Shown piece after piece: positions 12,706 through 25,827 of a stretch of DNA of 64,000 nt. The notes below the pieces were generated by a model. That model saw only the letters and a program-made list of their open reading frames with translations, did no database searches and was not told the DNA's origin. The DNA is taken from contig OX597825.1 of NCBI GenBank assembly GCA_951406725.2, forward strand, positions 52,080,001 through 52,144,000, in the 5' to 3' direction. How positions within the stretch are numbered: the stretch's first letter is position 1; each line of letters opens with the position of its first letter. A program made the translations under genes and the position numbers. This stretch comes from Octopus vulgaris (lineage: Eukaryota).

Positions 12706-14675
12706 TAGTTTTGACTATGCTTCTGCATTCACAGTATCACCACAAACCATCCTGTCTACACTCATCCCTCCATCATTCTTCTAACTGCAGCACTGTCTTA
12801 ACTGTTGTAATTATATGTTAACAGAGATGCACATATTTCAACCCCTATCATTCCAATGCTACCAGTTTTTCCTTTGAGCCACTTCCCATTTCAAATCTAT
12901 TCCCAATATTATCCCATACCATTTGTGAACACCATCTCAAATTGGCTGTTGAGCCTCCGCTACCTTTCCATGTACCCCCTTGCCCATCACTCTCTATATT
13001 CTATCCTACATACTGCTGATCTCATTCCTTGTCACTGAGTACTCCTCCCTCTACCACACTTCACATCATCTCATTTCTTGTCTATACAATTTTATAATGC
13101 TACTCTCAAATGCCCATTTTTCTACTGCTATTTACCCCTGACTCACTCCTATTTCCTTCATCTTCTCACCAAAAGAAACTGATGTTCACCATTAACCATG
13201 TCCTTCCCTCCACTGTGTTTGCCACTCACACCATTAGCTGAACCTCTAACGATCAATTGCTCACCTCACACTCGCCTGAACTTACTGGCTCCACTGTCCA
13301 CATTCTTCTCACCTGTTCTTCTCCCTGTCCCTTAAAATTCCTCCTGTTGTAACTTGATGGTACATCCTAGTACCTTATTACCATCATCTTCTCTCATTTT
13401 CCAGCAGGGATAGCCATGCATCTTGGCTACAGCTAGACACCTGTACCTATCCTATAATACTCTTGCTTCTAAACACCTAGCATAAAGCTACCTGCTTCAA
13501 TGCTACATCTCCTCCCAGTTAAAAAGTCTTGTATTGCAAGACATGGTGACATTACTAGTATTAGTGACAGGAAAAAGCACCCAGTTACACACTTTACAGT
13601 ATTATGAAGGGCATCCAGCTGCAGAAACCTAACCAAAACAGACATTAGGGTTGGCTGCAGTCTTCTGACCTATCTCATCCAGACAAGCTGTTTAAACTGT
13701 GCTAGCATAGAATTCAGCTGTTGAATAATGATAACAATATATGACTAAATAAATACATGAATACATATATGTTTTGTAATATATAATTAATCCAATGAAC
13801 TTCTGAATATAACTGGAGTCTGTTTTAACAAATCTAAAGATATGCTGAACGAAGTAGCATCAGTGGAATGTGAACTGAGAATGAAAAATATATAAGTAAA
13901 CAATGAAATATTTCATCACCACACTCTATTCTTTTGCCGCTCTACCACACTATATATAGGAAACCATATTGTCAATACAATTTATTCCTAATTTAATACC
14001 ATTTCCAGAATCAAGGATTTCTTGATTTCTTCAATCGTTGACCATTTACTTAAATGTGCTTCAATATAATTCCTCTAATAAATATCATTTATGAACTTTT
14101 GGCAAAGTTACAGAGACTTCTCTTCAGAATGGCCATGCCTGATAGTTAATTCTATGTATTTACCATATTCACATAATTTACGGCCAATATATACAGAAAT
14201 AGAAATATACATACGTTTGCCTGTATACAGAAATTTATAGGTAATCTCATATGTGTGGCTATGAGTGTGCATCTTCACTGACATATATGCGTGAGGGAAA
14301 TATAATGTGTGTGTATGTATGTATAGATATAAATGCACATTCATACAAAAAAATATGTGTTAATATATGTGTGAGCAGATACACACACGTACGGAAACAT
14401 GTGTGTGTTCTTGTGAGTGAGCATATGCACTCACATTCTCTCTCTCATGCATATGTGTGTATGTTGGTTGACAAAATAAGTACCAGTTGAGTTCTGGGAT
14501 TGATGTAACTGACTTACCCCCTCCTGCTAAATTGTTGGCCTTGTGCCAAAATTTGAAATCGTTGTTGTTGTTGAAAACAGTTTATTTCAGCCCTGTGAGA
14601 ATCAAACTGATTTACGTAATTCATATAACTCTTACTGAATGATTTAAATACCTCTTTCTTTTGTTTATCCACTCA

Positions 14676-14705
<30 letters not shown>

Positions 14706-14706
<1 letters not shown>

Positions 14707-15265
14707 CATCATCATCATCATCTTCGTCGTCATCATTTAACGTCTGCTTTCCATGCTGGCATGGGTTGGACAGTTTGACTGAGGACGGGTGAACCAGATG
14801 GCTGCACCAGGCTCCAATCTGATTTGGCTGAGTTTCTACAGCTGGATACCCTTCTTAACACCAACCACTCCGAGAGTGTAGTGGGTGCTTTTACATGCCA
14901 CTGGCATGAAGGCCAGTCAGGCGGTACTGGCAATGGCCACGCTCAAATGGTATTTTTTATATGCCACCTACACAGGAGCCAGTCCAGCAGTACTGGCAAC
15001 AACCTTACTTGAATGTTGTTTTTCATGTGCCACCAGCACAAGTGCCAGTAAAGCGATGCTGGTAACGATCATGCTCGAATGGTACTCTTTTCATTCCACC
15101 GGCATGGGAGCCAGTCAGCAGCCCTGGCAACAATCATGCTTGGATGGTGCTCTTAGCGCTCCACTAGCACGGATGCCAGTCATGCGGTGTGTTCATTGAA
15201 TTTGATTTTGATTTCACCTGCCTCAACAGGCCTTCACAAGCAGAGTTTAGTTTCCATCTGATGGG
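14706..15265 (-). mobile_element. Family B element (RTE 3' UTR-derived, (GAT)n tail), long form
   Basis: (CAT)n, then TTTAACGTCTGCTTTCCATGCTGGCATGGGTTGGAC..., then internal ~60-bp subrepeats. Confidence 0.85.
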
Positions 15266-15267
15266 AA

Positions 15268-15319
<52 letters not shown>

Positions 15320-15321
<2 letters not shown>

Positions 15322-15482
15322 TCATCGTCACCGTCATCATCAGTGTTTAACATCTGCCTTCCGTGCTGGCACAGGTTGGATGGTTTGACAAGAGCTGGCC
15401 AGGCAGAAAACTACATCAGACTTTTTGTGTCTGCTTTTCATGATTTTTATGGCTGGATGACCTTCCATACACCAACCACCCC
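15320..15482 (-). mobile_element. Family B short copy
   Basis: Diverged copy of the same 3' end. Confidence 0.7.
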
Positions 15483-17692
15483 GCATGTGCATATATACGC
15501 TATATCTACTATGTGAATCTACGTGTATATGTTTATGTATGTGTGTTTAGCACCAAAAGGCTATGAAATTGTGCATCCTCAAGAAAAATGAATTTGATTT
15601 TTGAAATCTGCATCCCTAAGAGAATGTTGTCTGTAAATAATATAAAAATATCATTTGCTACAAAAAAATAACTAAACTTTTAGATTGACAAATCTCCCAT
15701 TCTCTGTTGCCATCAATATATTCATCACACACTTTATCACTCTCTCTTCCTCTCTATCTCTCTCTGTATATGTATTGACTCTTACACATTTCTTCCATTT
15801 TGTTTAAAACCTTGTCCTCTAATGTTCACTTTCATTTTATGATACACAGCTATCATGTACAAATCCTGCATTCTGATTGGGAAAAAGTGATCAAACTTTC
15901 AACCTCTGTAACATTTTTCTAAAGCTTTTCTACAATAAATGAACTGATATTCCTAATTTGAAAATTTTCACTTAATTTTAAAATTTCCAAATCATTGACA
16001 GTAACAGAAAAGATTTCTTTCTATATATTTATCTGCCTCTTTCATTTTCTTTTTTCTCATAGTAAACTTTCTTCCTCTCTATATATTTACCACATTCTCT
16101 CTCACTCTGTATAAAAGTATATGGTTTATGCTCACTCAGGATGTATTTGTCAGTGTATGTACATGCAGATGCGTAATGAATTTCATTAGGGCAACAAAGC
16201 GATTTCAAAAGGTATGTAAAATATAATTTGTTTTAGCACAATTTCCTGTTAGTAAATATGTTTTCCTTACGTGCACATACACACATACACACAGTCTCAC
16301 TTGGTGCAGTGTGGAAGTTAAAAATCTAAATTGAAAAATCTTTTATTGTTACTTAAATCCCAGCAATGGACCACCACATCATCATTCCATAAAATGTGCA
16401 TATGGGGAGAAAAATATTGAAAAGTTGCAATATATGTCTGAGTGACAAAGAACCGAGGAAGGTACCTGGTGGTCATAGGATGTACTAGAAACAATAGGTA
16501 AATCTCCTTTAACTCATACACCTTTTTGTCTGAAAATTACTTAGAAACTTTAAACAGAAACAAATTACAGATTTAATCTATCCCTATTTTAAAAATATGA
16601 TTTTGTAAAAATGCTGAAATTTTAGGATTTAGTGGGGTGGGAGTTAATTTTTTTTTTTTTATTTCACAATTGTTTTTAAATTACTTTTCATTTTCTGTTT
16701 GAAATCGGGAATTGTAATGGTGAACACCAATTACCAAAAATTATTTTTTAAACTTCAAGGCTTCTCCCATAGATTTTAAATGCATAGTGCAAAAAAAGCT
16801 TGGCGAAAATCAGTATTTACAAAGGTGGCTTTCAAACAAATTCATAAATTCTCAAAAGTCATTTTCTTTTTTTTACCAAAAAGGCATATTCCATTGATTT
16901 TAAGTGCAAAGTGCAAAACAAACAAATATGTACAAGATCGGTTCAGAAGAGGGGGAGAAGGTAATCATAACTTTTCAAAAATGTCTTTTTATTAGAGACC
17001 TCCACATCATTTGCAAGGGTGTGATGAAAAACTATTTTGGGGCCCTGTGAAAATTCAAGGATGCTGGACTTTTACTTTTAAAGTGAGAACACAGCAGATA
17101 ATTATAGACACTTTCTTGCTGTAGAGTCCTCTTTGTATCAGCTTCCTGGACCCTAGAGTCCTCCTTGTACCAACTATACCTAAACCTATCTTGTTGACCC
17201 AGAGGAAAGATGATGTTTAGACCAAAGCAGCTATAGAATTATTAAACTGGTGGAACACACTATAGAATTATCAGTGAATTTTTATATTACTATTCAGGAA
17301 AAAAATATGTGGTTCAGGTGTGTAACAGAACTGGGTATTAGTGATTCAGTTTTCTAGTGAAGGAACTACACATGAAATTCTTAACAGGCTGTGTGCAAAC
17401 TGACACCTTAGCAACAATTACAGTGTAGAATTTTTTTGTGCAGATGTGTGTTTACCAGTATTCAGTTCTAAGATCTTTGTTGGTTAATAGAAATTTAAGA
17501 CTGGACATTTTTGGGGAACTCCAGTTGTGTAGACTTAATCTTTCTAACTGGTTCTGTGAAAGAATGACAAATTCCAAACATAAGCGCAAAGCTTAAATTT
17601 AGCAAAATTATACAGAAAACCTAGAAAAGATAAAAGGTTTAGTTAGCAAGAAAGAAAACAAATCTTTACTGCTCTCTAGGAGCTGGCCATGC

Positions 17693-17731
<39 letters not shown>

Positions 17732-18183
17732 ATGCACTGTTAAAGGTTTTCCTTTTAAACTACATACCGTCTAAAACAGGACTTCAATTTTCTTTACTCT
17801 TTTTCTTTTTATTAATCTCTGATATTTACCTTGGTCTATTCATATTTGCATATCTTTTCAGTCTTATCTTCTGAATGAGCTGGTTAATTGGGATATTACC
17901 ATTTTATAATAGGCTAGAACCATGGGATCTATATACTATCTGTCTCTGATAGTTTTTATCACCAGATTTGAAATTTGGAGCAATTAACAGATGATAAAGG
18001 TTTGATAAGGAGTTATGGCAAAAACCCTTAATAAAATACAAAAACTCAAGTAAAAATTATGTTGTCCTTTAACACAAACATTAATACATATACATATGCA
18101 TATATACATAAATACATGCACAGCCATACACACACGTGCATATATGCCCCCCCACACACATACATATATATATGCACACATCT

Positions 18184-18229
<46 letters not shown>

Positions 18230-18844
18230 GCACACACATACACATGTTTGTGTGATTATGTGTGTATCTGTGTGTGCCTATGTATTTTTTTGTATAAGAT
18301 ATATAACTTTTTTTTATGTCAGATTGTCTAATAATTAAATTCTAATTATGCAGAAGTCTTATTTGAGTGCCATCTCTTTAGAAACATATTAAAAAGAGTA
18401 ACAATAGATAAAATCTAAATATAAAAGTTTGAGATTAAAAAAAGAAACAGTAACACGATTTGATTGCACTTTCTGTAAGAGGATTGGATGAAATTAACAA
18501 AAGTTCAGAGTACTTGGTGACAGAACAGTGACTAAGCAGGTTTAATCAGTAAAATTAAATGTAGAATCAACATATTATGTGTGTGTGTGTGAGAGAGAGA
18601 GAGTGTGTGTAAGTGTGTAATAAAAAGCAGAACACACAAATTGAACAGTTAATTTAAATCATGATCTATCTGTGAACTTTAAGCTTTTCTGCTTTTTATT
18701 CTGAACATATTTTGCTTTGCATAAAGAAGAGCCAATCTCTAAATGTGGAGAAACCTGTGGAAGAGATAGACCTATGCAGATGTGGAATGAAGAGGTGAAA
18801 TATGATATTTGGTTGTTGAGTCTTAGGGAGACGTTGCCAAGTGA

Positions 18845-19135
18845 CTGAGACTTCAAGTGATTTGCTGTGCTTGAGAAGACATATCAATCCAAGTGAAATT
18901 GTGGATGTGACCTGTGCCAGTGACACATAAAAGGCACCCATGCTGGTGAAATGTAAAAGACACCCAGCACACTCTGTAACCACGTTGGTATTTGGAAGGC
19001 ATTCAGCCATAAAAACTAAACCAAAACAAACAACTGGAGCCTAGTGCAGCCCTCTAGCTTACCAGCTCCAGTGAAACTGTCTAATTCATGCCAGTATGGA
19101 AAAACGGATGTTAAATGATGACGATGATGGTGATG
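18845..19135 (+). mobile_element. Family B copy
   Basis: ...GGAAGGCATTCAGCC...CATGCCAGTATGGAAAAACGGATGTTAAATGATGACGATG. Confidence 0.75.
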
Positions 19136-19339
19136 CTTTTAAGGGTTGTTTTAGCCAATTAACTAAGCATATTCCACCGAGATTTACTGCAATACTATAA
19201 CCTGTTGAAGTTTAATAACCTTTAATTACTTGAACTCTTAATTACTGTAGATATATATTTTTTTGATGTATCATATATCATCTCTTTGTATATGTATATA
19301 TATCTTCATGAAACATTGAAAATATTGTAAAAAAATTAT

Positions 19340-20430
19340 TATATATAACATAAAAGATTAGTAATACTGTTTGCAGTTTCAAGAGTTAGATTCAACATGT
19401 TGTTTATCAGTATTCCTGCACAGCTCAAATTGTCGTTAATCTCATTTTGAAACCCACCCTAGAACATTTAAAGTATTATAATCTGCAGATTTTGGAATAC
19501 TTTTATATAAATGGTCCATATTCATAATCTTTGTTTAATAGAATTGTAATTTTGTAAAAGCTGAAGCAAAGAAATCCAAAGGAGTTAGAACTGGTGATCT
19601 AACTAAAGAAAAGCTACTACCATTCCTGCAGGGAATCCTGAACAACAGTGATGTAATGACAAGGGCTACCATCTTACTGAAAGACAGTGGCACTAATTAT
19701 CATGTTTACAACTAATTGAGGCCTAAGGAATTGCCCCAGCATGTCAAGGTAAATCGCTTCTATGCCTGTTTTTAATTTTAGCGCATGAAAGAGAAAAATG
19801 AATTCACCATTCTTGCATGCTGCACTCCACTTCTTAACACCAACAGAATTGTGGCTGATGCTCCACTTCATCTTCAGTACATGATGGTAGCAGTGAAGAC
19901 AATGTATGTAGGATTGTGTGTGTATCGTTCTATTGGGTTGCAGTTATGGAAAGAAAGGATCAGCTAAGATATTGACTCTTGGTCAGGCTATGGTCTCTAA
20001 TAATTTTGGTCAAACTTCCATTGAATGTTGCTAGCTTTATTTTTTTATTCCACATTAAACTAATTCTACATATGAAAACTAAAAATAAACCAAAATTCGT
20101 GAAACCATCTTCAAATTCTTCTAGGAGATAATCAAAGACAACAGAAGAAATATAGAACTCATTGTTCATATTTCAGACTGTCACCAAAATATATATTAAC
20201 ATTCCATTTTCAATTTCACAAAAGTTTCAATCTCCGAAAAGATTATTTTGTGACTTTTCACCCAAAAAGTTCAACTTGTGACCAAACAGGTCATCTAATG
20301 TCAACTGATTTAATTAACAATTGGGCTTTTTGCTTGAAATGAAAATCATGACGAAGCACTGATTTTCACCAATTACCATTATAATTAGTTATTCTAAATG
20401 GTTTCTAATGTTTCATTTCATGTCTTTGGA
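19340..20430 (-). mobile_element. Decayed Tc1/mariner-superfamily transposase relic
   Basis: Minus strand gives YLDMLGQFLRPQL...VFQ*DGSPCH and RSPVLTPLDFF, matching the QQDGAPxH and RSPDLTPLDFF motifs. Boundaries are approximate. Confidence 0.7.
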
Positions 20431-21018
20431 GTGTATGAAGATTATGGATGGGATACTATTAATAGCTTCTTCTGAATTATTTATCGTCACTTATATTGAT
20501 TGTTTGAATAATTAATGAGCTGATGTCTATTATGATGAGAGAGAGATGTCAAATCCCATTCACCAAGCTACTTCTCACTCAAAACAAACAAATGCCATCA
20601 ACATTTCATTATTGTCTTTAAATTCTATTTTGTTACACAAAAATTATTTTTGGATTATCTATTTTTTACCTTTTATTTCATTTATAAATTATCCCATGAT
20701 AGATTACAACTTTAAATTAAATTTCATTACATTAGTCTGCGGTAGAGTATGGTTACAATATTATTATAATTCTTGAGTATGTGAGCTGTCACGAAGGGTT
20801 TAATCAATGAAAAGAGCAGGGGAGTGAGATTATTTGTAGGAAGGTTAAAGTTCAGTCTCCAGTACAACATGGTATATGACAATCAGACAATTTACTTCTC
20901 CCAGATTCAGTTCACCATATAGTTCACTCTAACTCTGTATATATATGTGTGTGTTTCTTTTTGCTTGTCTGCTTGTCCCTCCATCCCTCCCCCCTCTCTC
21001 TCTCTATCTCTCTCTCTC

Positions 21019-21052
<34 letters not shown>

Positions 21053-21629
21053 TACATACACACAAAGTATGGCAGTTTAGTTCACAGGTGATCTAAACGA
21101 TTAGGTACACTAGGTAAGTGCTGTAATAGATTACTGTGGCTCTAAGGTTATAGCTGAGATGGTAGTTATGGAGCCGTTGTAGATTTCCAATGCAGCAAAT
21201 ATATAATTGTTAAAATAAATACACAAATACACATTACTTTATCATATAGCCAATCCTTAACCCCCCCACCCCACTCTATCCACCCCTCTTTCTATTTCTT
21301 TTCTTTTCTTTACTTTTACCAATTAACAGCCACCTCTGCTACTATTTTGTTATTGGATGTTGATATGTTCGCGTCTACTACATCAGGACTTTAACCCATA
21401 TGGATATATACAGGATTGCACCTAATGACTTACACTCATGGATCTATGCAGGATTACACCTAAGAACTCATGCTTTGGTTTCTATAACTTCAGAAAGGTT
21501 GAACTATGAACTTTTATGCCTCGTTTTTCTTCTTTCTTTCCATCTCCTTATTCTTTTACTCCCTTACTCTATGTTATCATCTTATTGATATATACCATTC
21601 TCATTTTACATACTTTTCCCCAAAATTTG

Positions 21630-21683
21630 TCTCTGATGACTGCATATCCCGTACTCAAAGATATCCTACAAACAGCTGTAAGA
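21630..21683 (+). ncRNA. Degenerate hammerhead motif (same stem I/III as 3186-3235)
   Basis: UCU CUGAUGA ... AUAUC-loop-GAUAU ... CAAA CAGCUG UA AGA; G12 is mutated. Confidence 0.55.
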
Positions 21684-21781
21684 TTTTGAATTTCTTCCTG
21701 TAATAATATTGTATACGACTTGAGATGTTTGCCTTGCTTTAATGTTTGAAGTCCTATTTAACAGTTATATATATGTATATA

Positions 21782-21852
<71 letters not shown>

Positions 21853-21902
21853 TATATATGTAGGAAATATATATATATATATATATATACTATATATGTA
21901 GG

Positions 21903-21940
<38 letters not shown>

Positions 21941-21942
<2 letters not shown>

Positions 21943-22986
21943 TATATATGTAGGAAATTCTGTGCAGGTGGCACGTAAAAAGCACCCACTACACTCACGG
22001 AGTGGTTGGCATTAAGAAGGGCATCCAGCTGTAGAAACACTGCCAGATCAGACTGGAGCCTGGTGCAGCCTTCTGGCTTCCCAGATCCCCGGTCGAACCG
22101 TCCAATCCATGCTAGCATGGAGAACGGACGTTAAACGATGATGATGATGATGATGATGTAGGAAATTCTGTCTGTGAGTGTGTTTGTGGAGTTGTTAGCT
22201 AACTCCTCCTACATCGTTTTATCGATTTTGATGAAACTTGACACATGAGTAGAACTCATGTCTGGGAACCTCGTGGCCTACTCAAATTGTGCCCCAGCAT
22301 GGCCACAGCTCGTGAGCTGAAACTAGATAAAATAAATAAATAAATAGGACCCCTGGAAGGGATCCTTATATATATAGCCAAGGGAAATAACCCATTCAGT
22401 TTCCTAAATCATTTGGAAAAAAGAAACTGAGTATGCTTGTTTCTTAGTATTTGAACTGTTAGAGTTATTTTCATAATTTATCCAGTACAACCCTTAAACA
22501 AGTAAATAGTATTTTCCTAAACAATAGATCTACTTAATTCAGTTAGTGATTTATTCATGAATATACACCAGCACTAGCACTGCTGAGGGTAATATTCTCT
22601 GGGAATGCACAAAAGTCCTTTTCAGAGTTATTTACTTTGAGTTGTTATTATCTCATATCTGATTGGCCTGTTATTACATAACATGCTTCATGATTTTAGT
22701 ATACATACCTTAGTAGCATTTCCTCCCATGTTCTATATACTCTGGGAATGCATTAAAGCCCTTTTTGGCACTACTTTATTTGAATTCTTACTATCAGGTA
22801 ACTAATTTCATGTTATTACTTAACTAACTTCACAATTTGAGTATTCATAACTTATTGGGAATTCCGAAAACTGTTTTATGGGCTACATACTTTGTATTGG
22901 TGTTATTAGATTAGCAAAACAATTATGAGAACTGTACCAAGGGATAAGCCCTGCTTTCACAGGAATTACCAGGTATGTCAGCTAGT
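21941..22986 (+). mobile_element. Non-autonomous Helitron/Helentron-like element (interrupted by the family B copy)
   Basis: 5' ACTATATATG.., then TCTGTCTGT, then the AACTCCTCCTA...CGATTTTGATGAAACTTG core typical of DINE/HINE-like elements. Internal ~143-bp repeat and a 3' end in ...CAGCTAGT. Confidence 0.5.
21964..22155 (+). mobile_element. Family B copy with a 16-bp target-site duplication
   Basis: ATGTAGGAAATTCTGT at 21948-21963 and 22156-22171 flanks the element and its (GAT)n tail. Confidence 0.9.
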
Positions 22987-22995
22987 ATGTGTGTG

Positions 22996-23027
<32 letters not shown>

Positions 23028-23028
<1 letters not shown>

Positions 23029-24436
23029 CATCATCATCATTTAACGTTCGTTCTCCATGCTAGCATGGGTTGGACGGTTCAACTGGGGTCTGGGTAGCCC
23101 GAAGGCTGCACCAGGCCAGTCAGATCTGGCAGTGTTTCTACAGCTGGATGCCCTTCCTAACGCCAACCACTCCGAGAGTGTAGTGGGTGATTTTATGTGC
23201 CACCGACACAGGTGCCAGACGAGGCTGGCGAACGGCCACGCTCGGATGGTGTTTTTTATATGCCACCGACACAGGTGCCAGACGAGGCTGGCAGACAGCC
23301 ACGCTCGGATGGTGTTTTTATGTGCCACCGACACAGGTGCCAGATGAGGTTGGCGAATGGCCACGATCGGATGGTGTTTGTTACGTGCCTGCAGCACGGA
23401 AGCCAGTCGATGCGGTACTGGCTATGGCCACGTTCGGATGGTTTTCTTGTGTGCCACCGGCACTGGTACCACAAAGATACAAATCCCATTGATGTTCATC
23501 TATTTTGATTTGTTTTTTGATTTACACTTGCCTCAACAGGTCTTCACAAGTGTCATGTGCCACCGACACAGGTGCCAGATGAGGCTGGCGAAACGGCCAC
23601 GAACGGATGGTGTTTGTTAATTGCCCACAGCAAGAAGGCCAGTCGATGCGGTACTGGCTACCGCCACGTTTGGATAGTTTTCTTGTGTGCCACCGGCACT
23701 GGTACCACAAAGATACAAATTCCATTGATGTTCATCTATTTTGATTTGTTTTGATTTGATTTTCACTTGCCTCAACAGGTCTTCACAGTGTCACAAGAAG
23801 GAAGGAAGGTATGCACAGGTGGACTGACTACGTCCCAGGTAGGGGCCACGGGTTATGGCCTGACTAGTCTTGCCGGGTCTTCGGATGGTGTTTTTATGTG
23901 CCACCGACACAGGTGCCAGATGAGGCTGGCGAACGGCCACGATCGGATGGTGTTTGTTATGTGCCCACAGCACAGAGGCCAGTCGATGCGGCATTGGCTA
24001 CGGCCACGTTCGGATGGTTTTCTCGTGTGCCACCGTACTGGTATCACAAAGATACAAATTCCATTGATGTTCATCTATTTTGATTTGTTTTGATTTGATT
24101 TTCACTTGCCTCAAAAGGTCTTCACAAGTGTCACAAGAGGGAAGGTATGCACAGGTGGACTGAATACGTCCCAGGTAGGGGCCACGGGTTATGGCCTGAC
24201 TAGTCTTGCCGGGTCTTTGGATGGTGTTTTTATGTGCCACCGACACAGGTGCCAGATGAGGCTGGCAAACGGCCACGATCGGATGGTGTTTGTTACTTGC
24301 CCACAGCACGGAGGCCAGTCGATGCGGTACTGGCTACGGCCACGTTTGGATGGTTTTCTTGTGTGCCACCGGCACTGGTACCACAAAGATACAAATTCCA
24401 TTGATGTTCATCTATTTTGATTTGTTTTTTGATTTG
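23028..24436 (-). mobile_element. Family B element with expanded, hierarchical internal tandem repeats
   Basis: (CAT)n end, followed by repeated TGTGCCACCGACACAGGTGCCAGA.GAGGCTGGCGAACGGCCAC units and larger repeated blocks. Confidence 0.85.
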
Positions 24437-24438
24437 AT

Positions 24439-24494
<56 letters not shown>

Positions 24495-24495
<1 letters not shown>

Positions 24496-25051
24496 ACTAA
24501 AAATAAGGGTGTCTGAGAGACACTACCATGCCGAAATAGCAGTCAAAACCCTGACTCTAAGAACCACGTTAAATGTTCATATCGCATCATGAGATAAGAC
24601 AGAAGGACAAAATAGACTACCAAAAAATATTACTGAATAATTCAAGATCCTGGATTTCTTATGGGGTATTTTGCCGGGCAATTTAACTGGCCTTGTACAT
24701 ACGTGCATATATATGTATGCATAGACGTTCGTATATGTAAGTATAACGTTTGTTCTGCATATATTTATTTGTATTTATGTGCCTATCTGATTTATTCAAA
24801 GCAAAGCTAGGAATCCAGGATCTTGAATTATACAGTAATATTTTTTGCTAGCCTATTTTGTCCCTCTGTCTTATCTCATGATGCGATATGAACATTTAAC
24901 GTGGTTCTTAGAGTCAGAGTTTTTACTTCTATTTCAGTATGGTGGTGTCTCTCAGACACCCTTATTTTTAGTTGTAAAAAAATTATTACCTTTGTATGGT
25001 ATTTTTCCCATGCTGGCCACTTGATAATATCGATATTATCCTTATTTATTA

Positions 25052-25108
<57 letters not shown>

Positions 25109-25310
25109 TAGATAGATAGATAGATAGATAGATTGATATTATTTAAAATTATAATTTAGGGTATCTAAGATATACCACCACATGTGGTGGTATCTCTTAT
25201 ATACCCTAAATTATAATTTTAATAATAATTATTACCTTTGAAGGTTTTTATTCCTATGCTGGCCACTTGATAAGTTCGATATTTGAATAACGATCTTATC
25301 CTTATTTATA
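24495..25310. mobile_element. Inverted/duplicated pLTR-like element, same family as 43407-43680
   Basis: Arms 24495-24658 and 24810-24973 are inverted. Palindrome at 25137-25226 centred on ACCACCACATGTGGTGGT. Direct repeat ATTATTACCTTTG...GCTGGCCACTTGATAA. Retains the hammerhead stem III remnant AATCCAGGATC. Confidence 0.7.
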
Positions 25311-25395
25311 TAGATATATAGATAGATAGATAGATAGACACATAGTTAAGCAGGCAGGCAGGCATGCACGCATGCACTACAATCTATGTTGAGCT

Positions 25396-25827
25396 TGTAG
25401 TGATGCTGCTGTGTAAGGTTCAGCGCGCATGCGCAGAATGGGCCTACTTCTGGGTGGCCACCGGAAGTCTTCCCCATGCACATGTGCGGGAAACTGACCC
25501 CTAAAACACCGTCCACTCACTCAGTCTCTCTGGCCCCTACAGCACTCGTGAACAGACGTGCATTAGCAGTCTCTGAGAACTACGCACTGACTTAGCAGCG
25601 GACCATATCGAACCACTTCGACCAGCCTACAAGAAGCAGTACAACAGATTTGGCTGTCGGTCCCCCTCAGAAATACGCACACCAGATCAACACCATCACT
25701 AGTAATAAACAACAATTTGCTGTCTTTCCCAGATAACCTGACTTCGTCTGTTATATTTAACTAAATTGAATGTGACGGGATCGGATCGGACACCCCTTCA
25801 GTGATACCGATTCCAGATCCTGTTACA
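25396..25827 (+). mobile_element. Solo LTR (probably Gypsy-type)
   Basis: 432 bp with TGTA...TACA termini, 4-bp TSD AGCT at 25392-25395 and 25828-25831, AATAAA near 25704, and higher GC/CpG than the flanks. Confidence 0.8.

Noticed and set aside
15560-17070. Possible old non-autonomous DNA transposon
   Set aside because: I could not define TIRs, a TSD or transposase motifs.
23570-23600. CAGATGAGGCTGGCGAAAC as a hammerhead
   Set aside because: The core reads CAGAUGA, stem II cannot form, and GAAA is present in only one of the repeats.
23190-24420. Regular repeats that superficially resemble a CRISPR array, and the overlapping ORFs there
   Set aside because: There are no unique spacers and no cas genes, the context is eukaryotic, and the units are subrepeats of a retroelement UTR.
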